A DNA stretch of 64,000 bases. Origin: Candidatus Poribacteria bacterium (lineage in GTDB: Bacteria; Poribacteria; WGA-4E; WGA-3G). A program made the translations under genes and the position numbers. The notes beneath the pieces were generated by a model. That model had not been told where the DNA came from. It saw only the letters and a list, made by a program, of their open reading frames with translations, and ran no database searches. Location: contig CAXXUA010000004.1 in NCBI GenBank assembly GCA_963663765.2, positions 288,001 to 352,000 on the forward strand. Direction: 5' to 3'. Below are positions 9,801-19,372 of the stretch, one piece after another. Positions within the stretch are counted from its first letter, which is position 1. Every line of letters starts with the position of its first letter.

Positions 9801-10711
9801 TCATGAATTTTACTATTGATCAACCTTTTTGGAGTCGTTGGAGAAATTATTTGCCTACTCTTATTTTTATTGCAGCTGTTGGTTCTTTGGTTTTTAGATT
9901 AGTCGTAAACCGTAGACACACTGCACAGTTACGCATTGAAATGAGGGATAAAGAAGAAGCAGAAATGCAACGTATCCGTGCTGAATTAAACGAAGCACAG
10001 AATATACAAATGGGTCTCTTGCCAGATGAATCTCCTGACACTAAGTCTTTTGATATCGCTGGTATGTCCATTCCTGCAACTCAAGTAGGAGGAGACTTTT
10101 TTGACTATCTTACAGTTGAAAACGGTAGAACTGCAATCGCTGTCGCAGATGCCGCCGGAAAAGGTATACGCGGTGCGATGAATGCTGTGCTTACGAACGG
10201 TATGCTACATGAAGTATCAAGGTTTATGTCTAAATCGGATGTTATTTTAAGAAACCTCAATGCTGGTTTAGCTCCTCGAATGTACGGACCCAGTTTCATT
10301 GCGCTTAATTTAGCGGTATTAGATGAGGACAAGAAACAAATTGACTATTCAAACGGTGGACAACCCTATCCACTACTCAAACGCGGTACCGAAATCATTG
10401 AAATAGAAAATACTGACCTACCTCTCGGAAGTAGGAAAAATGTTCAATACGAATCTACAACTATAGATTTAGAGGAAGGGGATATCTTTATATTCCACAC
10501 GGATGGATTGATTGAAGCTCTCAACGCTAACCACGATATGTACGGATCCGACCGTTTTAATGAATTAGCATCCAAAATTCCAAAGGAAAGTAGTGCTGAA
10601 GAGGTAATTCAACTCATCATAGAGGATGTACAGAGTTTTGTTCAAGAGGAAGAACAGTACGATGATTTGACACTCGTAGTAATCAAATTAACAGCAAATT
10701 CTACATTATGA
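6806..10711 (+). CDS. Membrane sensor Ser/Thr phosphatase: signal peptide, Reg_prop beta-propellers, Y_Y_Y domain, TM helix, SpoIIE/PP2C domain
   Basis: DSRGVLWFG/DHWGNLWFATWGGGV repeats; YEGLKSGNYTF; TM LPTLIFIAAVGSLVF; VGGDFFDY, ADAAGKG, HTDGLIE and DDLTLVVI motifs. Confidence 0.9.
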   Translation: MKKFILITILSSFIFHAQFVDAFEQMKTYTVADGLVGPVVPVIFQDSRGVLWFGSDRGGVSRFDGNNFIPYAGDSNVFRGITKKIVEDKWGHVWFLSQHPSEGDGVISRYDGTTFSYVNDGNCLTVDNAGDVWIGGNNSITRYTALNSQEIPQPFPINITATSIARINVIFQSNDDTYWLGGNDAQGVLIISFQQDTNMWQVSTLRRHENLPNISKERSVHVIMQDAENNLWFGGKSLLLKYDGTQFEEILNTTIDPTKQTGTPQNTLSLQDQNVYVNSDSHGRIWFSDEQQLSWWDGEKLQRLRSFSLDANPNTFLHGSFEIEDAWNKLWFASQSGAHLYDNKYFEENTEGVFQMDSPLTDSPELAPKVYGVDDGLGSDNILTVFEALDGKIWFGHDNGVTSYEPQPVIVNHSTRATLGSNSVRMMYTDNTGTLWLSIPGGVAKYNADEERIIQYPLIENTTKHIIIGNDENITDQIHNRRIDIIKLFEADGYIWFIDKSYQVQNQFTHYRIYRYKNGEFEDLSLIIQPEIGPGGEPLFYDSPPIVSLGTDPWISLGGWLFLPRSNGLYRFTSQETFELIEFPTIRSLPQPTDVITALHSDTHNRLWCYYDTGEVKRYSNIQIRTGQVRGTIHTELLPLRSVIPIVVTSNEQDVQWFYNTSSGQLMYWDNPEIANTLSELPGSASGAPLLTIQTNKSIDPDTTSTEDNQNNSNDNTQTKETELMTFVFRDSIKTYAGTELRKAITVEVIDVRGHQITTNGDLWLATALGAIRYDYDTVTTYTTSDGFLVDDLRDVHEDHWGNLWFATWGGGVVRYDGNSFLSISTKDGLIHNNVSSIHATNEEDLWFGSEGGATQYRASLGVLPFCRITAVIAGKTFTEPFLVDSGKRTFTDLTELLPARIKNITINFEGINPIRDDMEYRFRLIGVEDNKWSNVSSNIKQPNETIIQGDVKQTFLPEELGENRLPARIQYEGLKSGNYTFLIKAFREGWPYTQKPTVMNFTIDQPFWSRWRNYLPTLIFIAAVGSLVFRLVVNRRHTAQLRIEMRDKEEAEMQRIRAELNEAQNIQMGLLPDESPDTKSFDIAGMSIPATQVGGDFFDYLTVENGRTAIAVADAAGKGIRGAMNAVLTNGMLHEVSRFMSKSDVILRNLNAGLAPRMYGPSFIALNLAVLDEDKKQIDYSNGGQPYPLLKRGTEIIEIENTDLPLGSRKNVQYESTTIDLEEGDIFIFHTDGLIEALNANHDMYGSDRFNELASKIPKESSAEEVIQLIIEDVQSFVQEEEQYDDLTLVVIKLTANSTL

Positions 10712-10880
10712 TTCAAACCGTTAACTTCTTGATTTCCTTATTTGGCGTATTCTGCCGAATTCAAAAATATGATTTTTCAAACTTACGTTGGACATATTTT
10801 TGGTTTACACTAAAATCAGCATCAAACCAATGTCCTAAGAGTTTTATATGGTCGTCAGATCGCTTATTTTTATTTGTAAT

Positions 10881-12800
10881 CTATGCGTTTTTAAAACCTA
10901 TCACAGTCTGTCTATATTCCTCAGGAAGTCCGATGTCAAATCTTCGTCCTTTTACGACATATCCAGAAAACCCATCTGCTTTTCGTAAATCATCTAAACA
11001 TGAAGTAAGTTGAAACTCACCACGTTCACGCAAGTTGTGTTCAATATTCTGCTCAAGAAAACCGAATATCTGCGGTTCTATCACATAAATACCGAAGACA
11101 GTAAGAAATCTGTCCTCATCCATTCCATCTATATGCAAATGTAATCTTGCATATTCTGGATCTGGTTTTTCATAGAACTCAGTTACTGACAGCATTGTAC
11201 CTTCATCTTGCCAGATACCAGTAACACAACCGAAGTTAGAAAGTTCATCAATCGGAGTTTCTTTTAGTCCTACTACACTGTGTCCTACTTGTTCATAAGC
11301 AGATATAACCTGTTTCGCACAAGATTGTGGTTCATCTGATCCGTAGAGATGATCTCCTAACATCAAAAGGAAAGGTTCATTTCCTATCCATTCTTTTGCA
11401 CAATAAACTGCGTGTCCAAAGCCTTCTTGAACATCTTGTGTTACAAATGAGATACGACTCCCAAGTTCCAACAAGTAATCACAGTATGCTTTGTTTTCTT
11501 TACTTAGTTTGTTGTAATGTTCTATACGAGGTGGTGTTTTAAAGAAGGATTCAAAAAGATCTATATCCCGACTTTGCACGATCAGACAAACTTCCTCAAT
11601 CCCCGCATTGACAGCCTCTTCAATGATAGCCATGATTGCGGGTTTGGCGCGTCCTGCACTGTCTATAACAGGAAAGAGTTCCTTTTTCATTGCTTTTGAC
11701 GCAGGAAATAGTCGTGTACCAAAGCCTGCTGCAGGAATCACTGCTTTGCGAACATGTCGACTCGCTTCAATCACAAGCTTCAAACATGACATCTGCAAAT
11801 CTCTTTCGATTATCTCTATGACACGACGTTGGCTCTCTTCATCTTTCACGATGAATTGTGCTGATCCATCTCCTTGTGATCCCACACCTTTACCACCCCA
11901 GACATAAGGTTGAATGGGTTCGTAGTTGAGCACTTTGTGCAAAACAGGTGCAGTCAACTGTGATGGACACGCGGGGATAAGATGTTTGTCAAATTCCTGT
12001 TGAGCACGTGTCATAAGTTTACCAACTGCTTCAGCATCACCTTTACGCAGGGATTCATAAGCATCTCGAGTGATTTCCGCACTCAAAGGACCTAAGTAAT
12101 GTTGTGCATTTCGTTGTAATTCATCTTCAGCAAACGGATAACAGTGATGAAGTTGATTAAGGATTAACAGTGTATCCTTTCCTGCCCCCAAATCAACAAT
12201 AACCATATAGAGGTTGTTAGAAACACTGAACTCTTTGACGTCAATTAGGTCGCCATCAAAACTCATCAGTATAGGATGTTGATATGCACATCCTTGATCC
12301 ATCCGACCACACCGTGAAGGTGTTGTCGTTTCACCACGATAAGCATATTCCATTTCGCCTCGCGTGGTCATTTTTAGGTCATAGATTCGGTTGAATGCAC
12401 GTGCGACTAATACACTAATCGCTGCACTGGAAGAAAGCCCTTTCTTGACTGGTAAATCGGTTAGATAGTTGTCAATTTCTAAACCTTGAACACGGTAATT
12501 TGTTAAAATCTGATATGCAACACCTGCAGCATAGCTAAAAAAACTTCCTTTTTCAGCTTCCGCAAGAAGCGCTGCAGGTTCCATAGGCAATGTATAAGGA
12601 CCGTGACGCGTTCCATCACTCAGTGTTGTTTTTATGATCAGACTGGTAGGATGCGGTTGTACTTGTGCATATACCCCTTGATTCGTACTTGTTATGATAG
12701 CGTAACCTTTTTCAAGTTCTGCATTATTCAACCGATAACGACCCGCCCAATCTGTGTGTTCACCAAAAAGACAAATACGTCCAGGCACAAAAAGCTTCAT
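10881..12800 (-). CDS. Bifunctional GHMP-family sugar kinase / GalU-like sugar-1-phosphate nucleotidyltransferase
   Basis: N-terminal PGRICLFGEHTD, PVKKGLSSSAA, CGRMDQ; C-terminal KAVIPAAGFGTRLFPASK, QEGFGHAV, LGD, EKP, GEFQLT. Confidence 0.88.
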   Translation of the reverse strand: MKLFVPGRICLFGEHTDWAGRYRLNNAELEKGYAIITSTNQGVYAQVQPHPTSLIIKTTLSDGTRHGPYTLPMEPAALLAEAEKGSFFSYAAGVAYQILTNYRVQGLEIDNYLTDLPVKKGLSSSAAISVLVARAFNRIYDLKMTTRGEMEYAYRGETTTPSRCGRMDQGCAYQHPILMSFDGDLIDVKEFSVSNNLYMVIVDLGAGKDTLLILNQLHHCYPFAEDELQRNAQHYLGPLSAEITRDAYESLRKGDAEAVGKLMTRAQQEFDKHLIPACPSQLTAPVLHKVLNYEPIQPYVWGGKGVGSQGDGSAQFIVKDEESQRRVIEIIERDLQMSCLKLVIEASRHVRKAVIPAAGFGTRLFPASKAMKKELFPVIDSAGRAKPAIMAIIEEAVNAGIEEVCLIVQSRDIDLFESFFKTPPRIEHYNKLSKENKAYCDYLLELGSRISFVTQDVQEGFGHAVYCAKEWIGNEPFLLMLGDHLYGSDEPQSCAKQVISAYEQVGHSVVGLKETPIDELSNFGCVTGIWQDEGTMLSVTEFYEKPDPEYARLHLHIDGMDEDRFLTVFGIYVIEPQIFGFLEQNIEHNLRERGEFQLTSCLDDLRKADGFSGYVVKGRRFDIGLPEEYRQTVIGFKNA

Positions 12801-13257
12801 TTTTTTTCCTTAAATTTAGTAGTTCTTAGACTAATACTGTTTCTGTTGATTTTGGTAAGTGCAAAAGAGTTTTTTCTCTACATATATTATAATTTGATAA
12901 AATACTTTGGTCAACGTGACTTGCTAAGAATTGATCATAAAAAACATAAGTAATATTTCATACTCAAATTGTTAATTCACCGTTCCGTAATCTGTCCTTT
13001 ATCCGTTATATTTAATGTATTTTGAATAGATTTGGAAATCTTTTCGGTTTGAAGAGTAAACCAAAAAAATCACATAACATATCTTTTTCATTTTATTCAA
13101 TACTATGTAATTTTGAAATAGAAATAATACTAATACCTATCTCATAAATGGTTGGAGGGGTTTCTTACCCCGAATTACCAGACATACGATTCGATGAAAT
13201 TGGACATATTCGCATTTATGAGATACACGACATGTTATCAACAAGGAGAAAACAAAA

Positions 13258-13614
13258 ATGCCAAATCCAGTCATGTGGTTTGAAATAGCAGGTAAAAACG
13301 GTGATGAATTATGTGAGTTCTACCGTTCACTATTTGGTTGGGAAATCTCACCGAACACAAACGGTGTCCATTTATGCGACCCAAGTCCAGATCAAGGAAT
13401 TAAGGGACATATTTTTCCAACAACCGATGAAATGCCTTATACAAAACACATTACAATTTATATTTCAGTAGATGATCTTCAAGCAGTAGTTGAAAAGGTA
13501 GAAAGTAATGGTGGAAATATAATAATTCCTCCAACGGATATTCCCGATGATATGGGTTCTTTTGCAATGTTCATGGATCCAAGTGGAAATGTTATAGGTT
13601 TATATAAATCATAA
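13258..13614 (+). CDS. VOC/glyoxalase-family protein
   Basis: PVMWFEI, FYRSLFGW, YISVDDL, FAMFMDPSGNVIGL; RBS aaggag. Confidence 0.9.
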   Translation: MPNPVMWFEIAGKNGDELCEFYRSLFGWEISPNTNGVHLCDPSPDQGIKGHIFPTTDEMPYTKHITIYISVDDLQAVVEKVESNGGNIIIPPTDIPDDMGSFAMFMDPSGNVIGLYKS

Positions 13615-13730
13615 GTTATAACTAAGAATGACTGTATTGAAATCTCATTAAGCTCCGAAACTATCAAATCACAGTGGATGGTGATTTCAAAAATTACCAT
13701 CCTCTTTCTTTTACAATTGCTGATATGGTA

Positions 13731-16700
13731 CTATTTCAATAATGGTTTAAGCCAACGCATTGCAGTTTCAAATTCCATTCCTGCTCGATCAGCATAATCC
13801 CGCACCTGATCCTCACCGATTCTGGCAATACTGAAATACTTTGATTCTGGATGAGAGAAATACCAGCCACTAACAGAAGCAGCTGGAGACATCGCCAAAC
13901 TTTCGGTAAGTGATAACCCAATATTCTCTGTAACATTCAATAAATCAAACAGAATTCGTTTTTGGTTGTGATCAGGACACGCAGGGTAACCAGGTGCAGG
14001 ACGAATTCCACGATATTTTTCTCCTATCAATGCATCGTTAGCTAACACTTCATCATTGGCATATCCCCATATTTCTATTCGGACTATCTGATGCATGTGT
14101 TCAGCAAATGCCTCTGCTAAACGATCTGCCAATGCTTTCGCCATGATGCTGTTGTAGTCATCATGTTTTTGCTCAAACTGAGCACACAGTTCAGTTACCC
14201 CAATTCCTGTAGTAACTGCAAATGCTCCGATATAATCCTGATGGTTAGTCTCCTTAGGTGCAATGTAGTCCGCCAAGCTTAAGTTAGGTCGAGAAAAGGG
14301 CTGCTCTGTCTGTTGTCTAAGATGAGGTAATGTCGCAACAACTTTTCTTCTATCTTCGTCTGCATATATCTCTGTAACTTCTTCTACACCGTTCGCAGGT
14401 AAGATTCCAACAACTGCCTTTGCACACAGACTCTTCTTTTTAACAAATTCATTGAGTAGTGTTTTCCCATCATCCAAGAGTTTCTGAGCTTCTACTCCCA
14501 TTTCGACACTTTTCAAAATTTTTGGATATTTGCCTTTTAACCCCCACGTTGTGAAAAATGGTGTCCAATCAATGTAATCAATTAGTTTTTCTATAGGAAA
14601 TTCATCAAACACCTTTAGACCAGTCTTATGTGGTTTAGGCGGAATATATTCACTCCAGTTAGTATTGAATTTTCGCTGCTGAGCAACTTTAATAGATAGT
14701 AATTTTGTTTGTTTCCTATTTTTTTCACGCTGTTCACGTATATCATTATATTCATCACGTGTCTTATCAACGAATTGCTGTTGTTTATCCACACTCATCA
14801 AATTGCCAACAACACCTACACTTCTCGAGGCGTCTTTGACATGGATCGTTGATCCGCCATAAACAGGCTCAATTTGTACAGCAGTGTGTATCTTAGAGGT
14901 GGTTGCACCACCGATGAGAAGAGGTATTGTGAAACCTTTTCTTTCCATTTCTTCAGCAACATAAACCATCTCATCTAACGACGGTGTTATAAGTCCGCTA
15001 AGTCCAATAATATCAGCGTTTTCCTTTCTTGCAGTAGCTAAAATATCTTCTGCAGGTACCATCACACCAAGATCAATGATGTCGTAATTGTTACATCCCA
15101 GAACAACACCAACGATATTCTTCCCTATGTCATGCACATCACCCTTTACTGTAGCCATCACAATCTTTCCTCGAGACTTAATAGCACCTTCAGACTGTTC
15201 CTTTTCAATGTATGGAATAAGGTGAGCAACTGCTTTTTTCATCACGCGCGCACTCTTTACAACCTGAGGAAGGAACATCTTACCGTCACCAAAGAGTTCA
15301 CCGACACGATCCATCCCATTCATCAATGGTCCCTCAATGACCTGAATGGAACGTTCATGCTTAAGACGTGCCTCCTCTGTATCATCTTCAATAAATTCAA
15401 TTATACCCTCAACAAGCGCATGACTTAATCGTTCTTCCACTGGCAGTTTGCGCCACTCTTTATTTACTTTTCTCTTTTTACCCTTACCCTGTAAAGTACT
15501 AGCCAAATTCGTAAGTCTGTCAGTAGCATCTTCTCGTCGATTGAATATAACATCCTCAACTGCTTCCAATAGGTGTTTCGGTATGTCATCATAAACAGCA
15601 AGTTGTCCTGCATTGACAATACCCATATCCAATCCAGCATTGATTGCATGATAGAGGAAAGCAGCATGCATCGCTTCGCGAACCGTGTCATTGCCTTGGT
15701 AAGAAAATGATATGTTACTAACACCACCACTAACCAATGCATGTGGACAGGTAGACTTAATCTCACTACACGCTTGAATGAAAGCAAGCGCATATTCGTT
15801 ATGCTCAGCAATACCTGTAGCAACTGTAAGGATATTTGGATCAAAGATAATATCTTCAGCAGGAAATCCGACTTCTTCAGTTAACAATTTATACGCTCTT
15901 TGACATATCCCTACTTTTCGTTCAAGCGTGTGAGCTTGACCTTTCTCGTCAAATGCCATGACGACAACTCCTGCACCATATTTCCTAATCAGACGTGCTT
16001 TTTCTAAGAAGTCTTCCTCACCCTCTTCTAAACCTATTGAGTTGACTACACCTTTACCTTGAACACATTCTAAACCTGCTTCAATTACCTCCCATTTACT
16101 GGAATCAAGCATGATAGGGACGCGACTGATATCCGGTTCTGCTGCTATCAGGTTTACGAACTTGACCATAGCGTTTACACCATCCAATAAACCTGCGTCC
16201 ATATTGATGTCAATCAGTTGTGCACCGTTCTCAACTTGATCACGTGCCACCTCCAATGCAGTCTCATAGTCTTCATTTTTAATTAGTCTTGCAAACTTAC
16301 GTGATCCTTCTACATTTGTCCTTTCACCTACGTTTACAAAGAGAGAATCGGGTGTAATATTGAATGCTTCCAATCCACTCAGTCTACATGCCCGTTCTAT
16401 CGGTTCAGGAATACGGGGTTGATGTTCTGCAGCAACTTTTGCAATAGTCTCTATGTGTTCTGGTTGGCTACCACAGCAACCACCGACGATATTTACAAAT
16501 CCGTTCTTCGCAAATTCATGTATCCAGTCACCCATTTCTTCAGGGGTTTGTGTGTAGTGTCCAAGTTCATTCGGGAGACCAGCATTCGGATAGCAGATGA
16601 TGGGTATGTCAACGATTTTGGACATTTCTGCTAAATACGGCCGTATCTGCTCTGCACCAAAACCGCAATTCAATCCTGCTGCAAGCATATTGACATGCCG

Positions 16701-17411
16701 AATAGAATTCCAAAATGCTTCAACCGTCTGTCCTGAAAGATTACGTCCACCGCCACCACTTCTGTCAGAAGATACGATAATAGGAATATCAATATCCCGT
16801 GTTTCAGATAGAGTTTGAATTGCAAAAAGTGCAGCTTTGCAGTTGAGGGTATCCATCACCGTTTCAACAAGCAGTAAATCAACACCACCATCTATCAATC
16901 CTTCTGCTTGCGTTGTATAAGCAGAAACAAGCTGAGAAAAGGAAATATTTCTATATCCAGGATCGTTCACATCTGGAGAGATTGTACAACTGCGATTGGT
17001 GGGTCCCATACTGCCTGCAACAAAACGCGGTTTCGTTGGAGTAGAATTCTCATCAACTACTTCACGCGCAATTTGTGCAGCTGCGTAGTTTACTTGATAG
17101 GCAGTATCCTCAAGTTGGTAATCCGCCATTGAAACGGAAGTACTTGTGAAAGTATTTGTCTCAATGATGTCTGCACCTGCGTGACAGTAATTGGTGTGTA
17201 TTTCACGAACAATCTGTGGTTGGGTAATTGAGAGTAGGTCGTTGTAACCTTTGAGTTCACAAGGATGAGAGGAAAACTGATCACCACGAAAATCTTCTTC
17301 GGTAAGTCTATATGTCTGTAACAGGGAACCCATTGCACCATCAAGCACAAGGATACGTTCTTTTAGTAATTGATTTAAAAGTGTTATCCGTTCAGAATTT
17401 GCCATGCTCAT
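13731..17411 (-). CDS. metH: Cobalamin-dependent methionine synthase
   Basis: Four-domain 1226 aa protein: GLNC and GGCCG Zn ligands, [16 protein letters not shown]12 motif, [14 protein letters not shown]. Start could be 17405. Confidence 0.98.
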   Translation of the reverse strand: MSMANSERITLLNQLLKERILVLDGAMGSLLQTYRLTEEDFRGDQFSSHPCELKGYNDLLSITQPQIVREIHTNYCHAGADIIETNTFTSTSVSMADYQLEDTAYQVNYAAAQIAREVVDENSTPTKPRFVAGSMGPTNRSCTISPDVNDPGYRNISFSQLVSAYTTQAEGLIDGGVDLLLVETVMDTLNCKAALFAIQTLSETRDIDIPIIVSSDRSGGGGRNLSGQTVEAFWNSIRHVNMLAAGLNCGFGAEQIRPYLAEMSKIVDIPIICYPNAGLPNELGHYTQTPEEMGDWIHEFAKNGFVNIVGGCCGSQPEHIETIAKVAAEHQPRIPEPIERACRLSGLEAFNITPDSLFVNVGERTNVEGSRKFARLIKNEDYETALEVARDQVENGAQLIDINMDAGLLDGVNAMVKFVNLIAAEPDISRVPIMLDSSKWEVIEAGLECVQGKGVVNSIGLEEGEEDFLEKARLIRKYGAGVVVMAFDEKGQAHTLERKVGICQRAYKLLTEEVGFPAEDIIFDPNILTVATGIAEHNEYALAFIQACSEIKSTCPHALVSGGVSNISFSYQGNDTVREAMHAAFLYHAINAGLDMGIVNAGQLAVYDDIPKHLLEAVEDVIFNRREDATDRLTNLASTLQGKGKKRKVNKEWRKLPVEERLSHALVEGIIEFIEDDTEEARLKHERSIQVIEGPLMNGMDRVGELFGDGKMFLPQVVKSARVMKKAVAHLIPYIEKEQSEGAIKSRGKIVMATVKGDVHDIGKNIVGVVLGCNNYDIIDLGVMVPAEDILATARKENADIIGLSGLITPSLDEMVYVAEEMERKGFTIPLLIGGATTSKIHTAVQIEPVYGGSTIHVKDASRSVGVVGNLMSVDKQQQFVDKTRDEYNDIREQREKNRKQTKLLSIKVAQQRKFNTNWSEYIPPKPHKTGLKVFDEFPIEKLIDYIDWTPFFTTWGLKGKYPKILKSVEMGVEAQKLLDDGKTLLNEFVKKKSLCAKAVVGILPANGVEEVTEIYADEDRRKVVATLPHLRQQTEQPFSRPNLSLADYIAPKETNHQDYIGAFAVTTGIGVTELCAQFEQKHDDYNSIMAKALADRLAEAFAEHMHQIVRIEIWGYANDEVLANDALIGEKYRGIRPAPGYPACPDHNQKRILFDLLNVTENIGLSLTESLAMSPAASVSGWYFSHPESKYFSIARIGEDQVRDYADRAGMEFETAMRWLKPLLK

Positions 17412-17595
17412 CTCTTGTATATACCAATATCATACCCATATATTATAACACGGAATAAGCATTAATTCCATTTCTTTTGGTATCACATGGATGTGTAAAG
17501 ATTTGCTCATAATACTCATTCCCATTATAGTGCATGTCTCTGTACCCTTCAATCTCGCAATTAATCTGTTACGGTGAGGTACAGAATTCGCGTAA

Positions 17596-17926
17596 TACCC
17601 TCTTGTCCATGTCTTTAGTTCCGTAGGAACGATATGTTTATAGAAAATGTTTTCAGCCCCAATAGAGTTCCGTAGGAACGACATAGAAGAATACACATAT
17701 CGTCCCTACGGGACTAAAGACATGGGGAGGGTATTCGTTATCTATAAACATATCGTCCCTACCAAATCAACGCCAAATGCGCGTGTGGCATTTGTCGGGA
17801 CTAAAGAGCGATATTCAGTTTTCAATAAATTAAAATTGATGCGTAAAATTCGGTTAGGAAACCGAACCTGGGTATTCACTTTCAGTAAATCTCAAGAACA
17901 GAAAACTCTTAAAACTGAATAACCCT
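17596..17926. mobile_element. Partial CAGGG-TIR MITE copy containing a 34-nt micro-insertion (17762-17795)
   Basis: Homologous to 34619-34917; ends aaaactgaataaccct. Confidence 0.8.
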
Positions 17927-18051
17927 CCTAATGATTCAATTCAATTGACACACCAACAAAAAAATGATAAAATATAACTGCAATATTTGAATAAGATTAA
18001 GCATCAATTGCAACAAATCTTCATAAGGATAGAAGGGGTAATACATTAAGA

Positions 18052-19356
18052 ATGAGTAAAATGATAGGACGATTTATAGGCATGTTTGCAGTTACTTTGT
18101 TGATAGGATATTTTGCTGCTGCCGATGACTGGGCGCAATGGCGTGGAACAAATAGAGACGGTGTTTGGAAAGAAACTGATATCATAGATAAATTTGAAGG
18201 TGAAGAAATACCCATACGATGGAGTGTGCCAATTGGAAGTGGATATAGCGGTCCGACCGTCGCCGATGGACGTGTCTATGTCACTGACAGACTCACAAGA
18301 CCAAAACAGGTTGAACGTGTTCTCTGCTTTGATTGGGAATCTGGAGATGAAATCTGGACATATACCTATGATTGCATATATAAAATTGAATATCCTGTAG
18401 GTCCGAGGGCAACGGTGACTATACATGACGGACTCGCTTATGCATTAGGTGCTATGGGACATTTACACTGCTTTGATGCAGCAACTGGTGACATCAAATG
18501 GAAAAAAGACCTAAATACAGAATACGATATCAATATGCCTATATGGGGTATTGCATGCGCACCACTCGTTGAAGATGACTTACTCATCGTCCAAATAGGC
18601 GGAAAACCAGAAGCTTGCGTGGTCGCGTTTGACAGAAAAACTGGTGAGGAGAAGTGGCAAGCACTTGAAGATAACGCTTCTTATGCAGCCCCGATTATAA
18701 TTGAACAGGCTGGAAAACGCGTCTTAATATGCTGGACCGGTTGGAATGTTACCGCACTCAACCCAAAAACAGGTGAATTGCATTGGAAATACCCCATGCC
18801 ACCAACACGATGGGAAATCGGTATCGCAACACCAATCTATAAAAACAATCAGCTATTTGTAACTAACTTCTATGAAGGTGCAGCACTACTAAAACTATCT
18901 ACTGATAAGCTGGATTTTGAACTCGGTTGGCATAGAAAAGGTAAGGATGAAAAAAATACGGATGCACTGCAAACAACTATGTCAACACCAATATGGATCG
19001 GAGATCATATATATGGTGTAGACAGTTATGGAGAATTGAGGTGTCTTGACGCACAGACTGGAGATCGAGTATGGGAAGACCTATCTGCTGTACCGGTCGC
19101 ACGATGGAGTACCATTCAATTTGTCCAAAATGAAGACAAAGTCTGGATGTTTAATGAACGCGGTGAATTGCTGATTACTGAACTTTCTCCAGAAGGACTT
19201 AACATTATCAGTCGTGCCAAATTGATTAAACCGACGCGAGGCCAACTGAACCGAAGAGACGGGGTGACATGGGCGCATCCAGCATTCGCATATAAACACG
19301 TCTTCGCACGAAATGACAAAGAGCTTGTTTGTGCAAGTTTAGAAAAAACAAAATAG
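18052..19356 (+). CDS. Secreted PQQ-binding-like beta-propeller protein
   Basis: Signal peptide then DDWAQWRG; 'CFDAATGDIKW' Trp-docking repeats; paralog of 46490-47803. Confidence 0.88.
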   Translation: MSKMIGRFIGMFAVTLLIGYFAAADDWAQWRGTNRDGVWKETDIIDKFEGEEIPIRWSVPIGSGYSGPTVADGRVYVTDRLTRPKQVERVLCFDWESGDEIWTYTYDCIYKIEYPVGPRATVTIHDGLAYALGAMGHLHCFDAATGDIKWKKDLNTEYDINMPIWGIACAPLVEDDLLIVQIGGKPEACVVAFDRKTGEEKWQALEDNASYAAPIIIEQAGKRVLICWTGWNVTALNPKTGELHWKYPMPPTRWEIGIATPIYKNNQLFVTNFYEGAALLKLSTDKLDFELGWHRKGKDEKNTDALQTTMSTPIWIGDHIYGVDSYGELRCLDAQTGDRVWEDLSAVPVARWSTIQFVQNEDKVWMFNERGELLITELSPEGLNIISRAKLIKPTRGQLNRRDGVTWAHPAFAYKHVFARNDKELVCASLEKTK

Positions 19357-19372
19357 AACTTCTGAGGTAAGA

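Noticed and set aside
17412-17600. SAM or cobalamin riboswitch upstream of metH
   Set aside because: No recognisable conserved core seen by eye; an Rfam/Infernal scan would be needed.
18052-19356. BamB or a true PQQ dehydrogenase (all four propeller genes)
   Set aside because: Paralogous expanded family with no bam context and no recognisable quinoprotein catalytic motifs.
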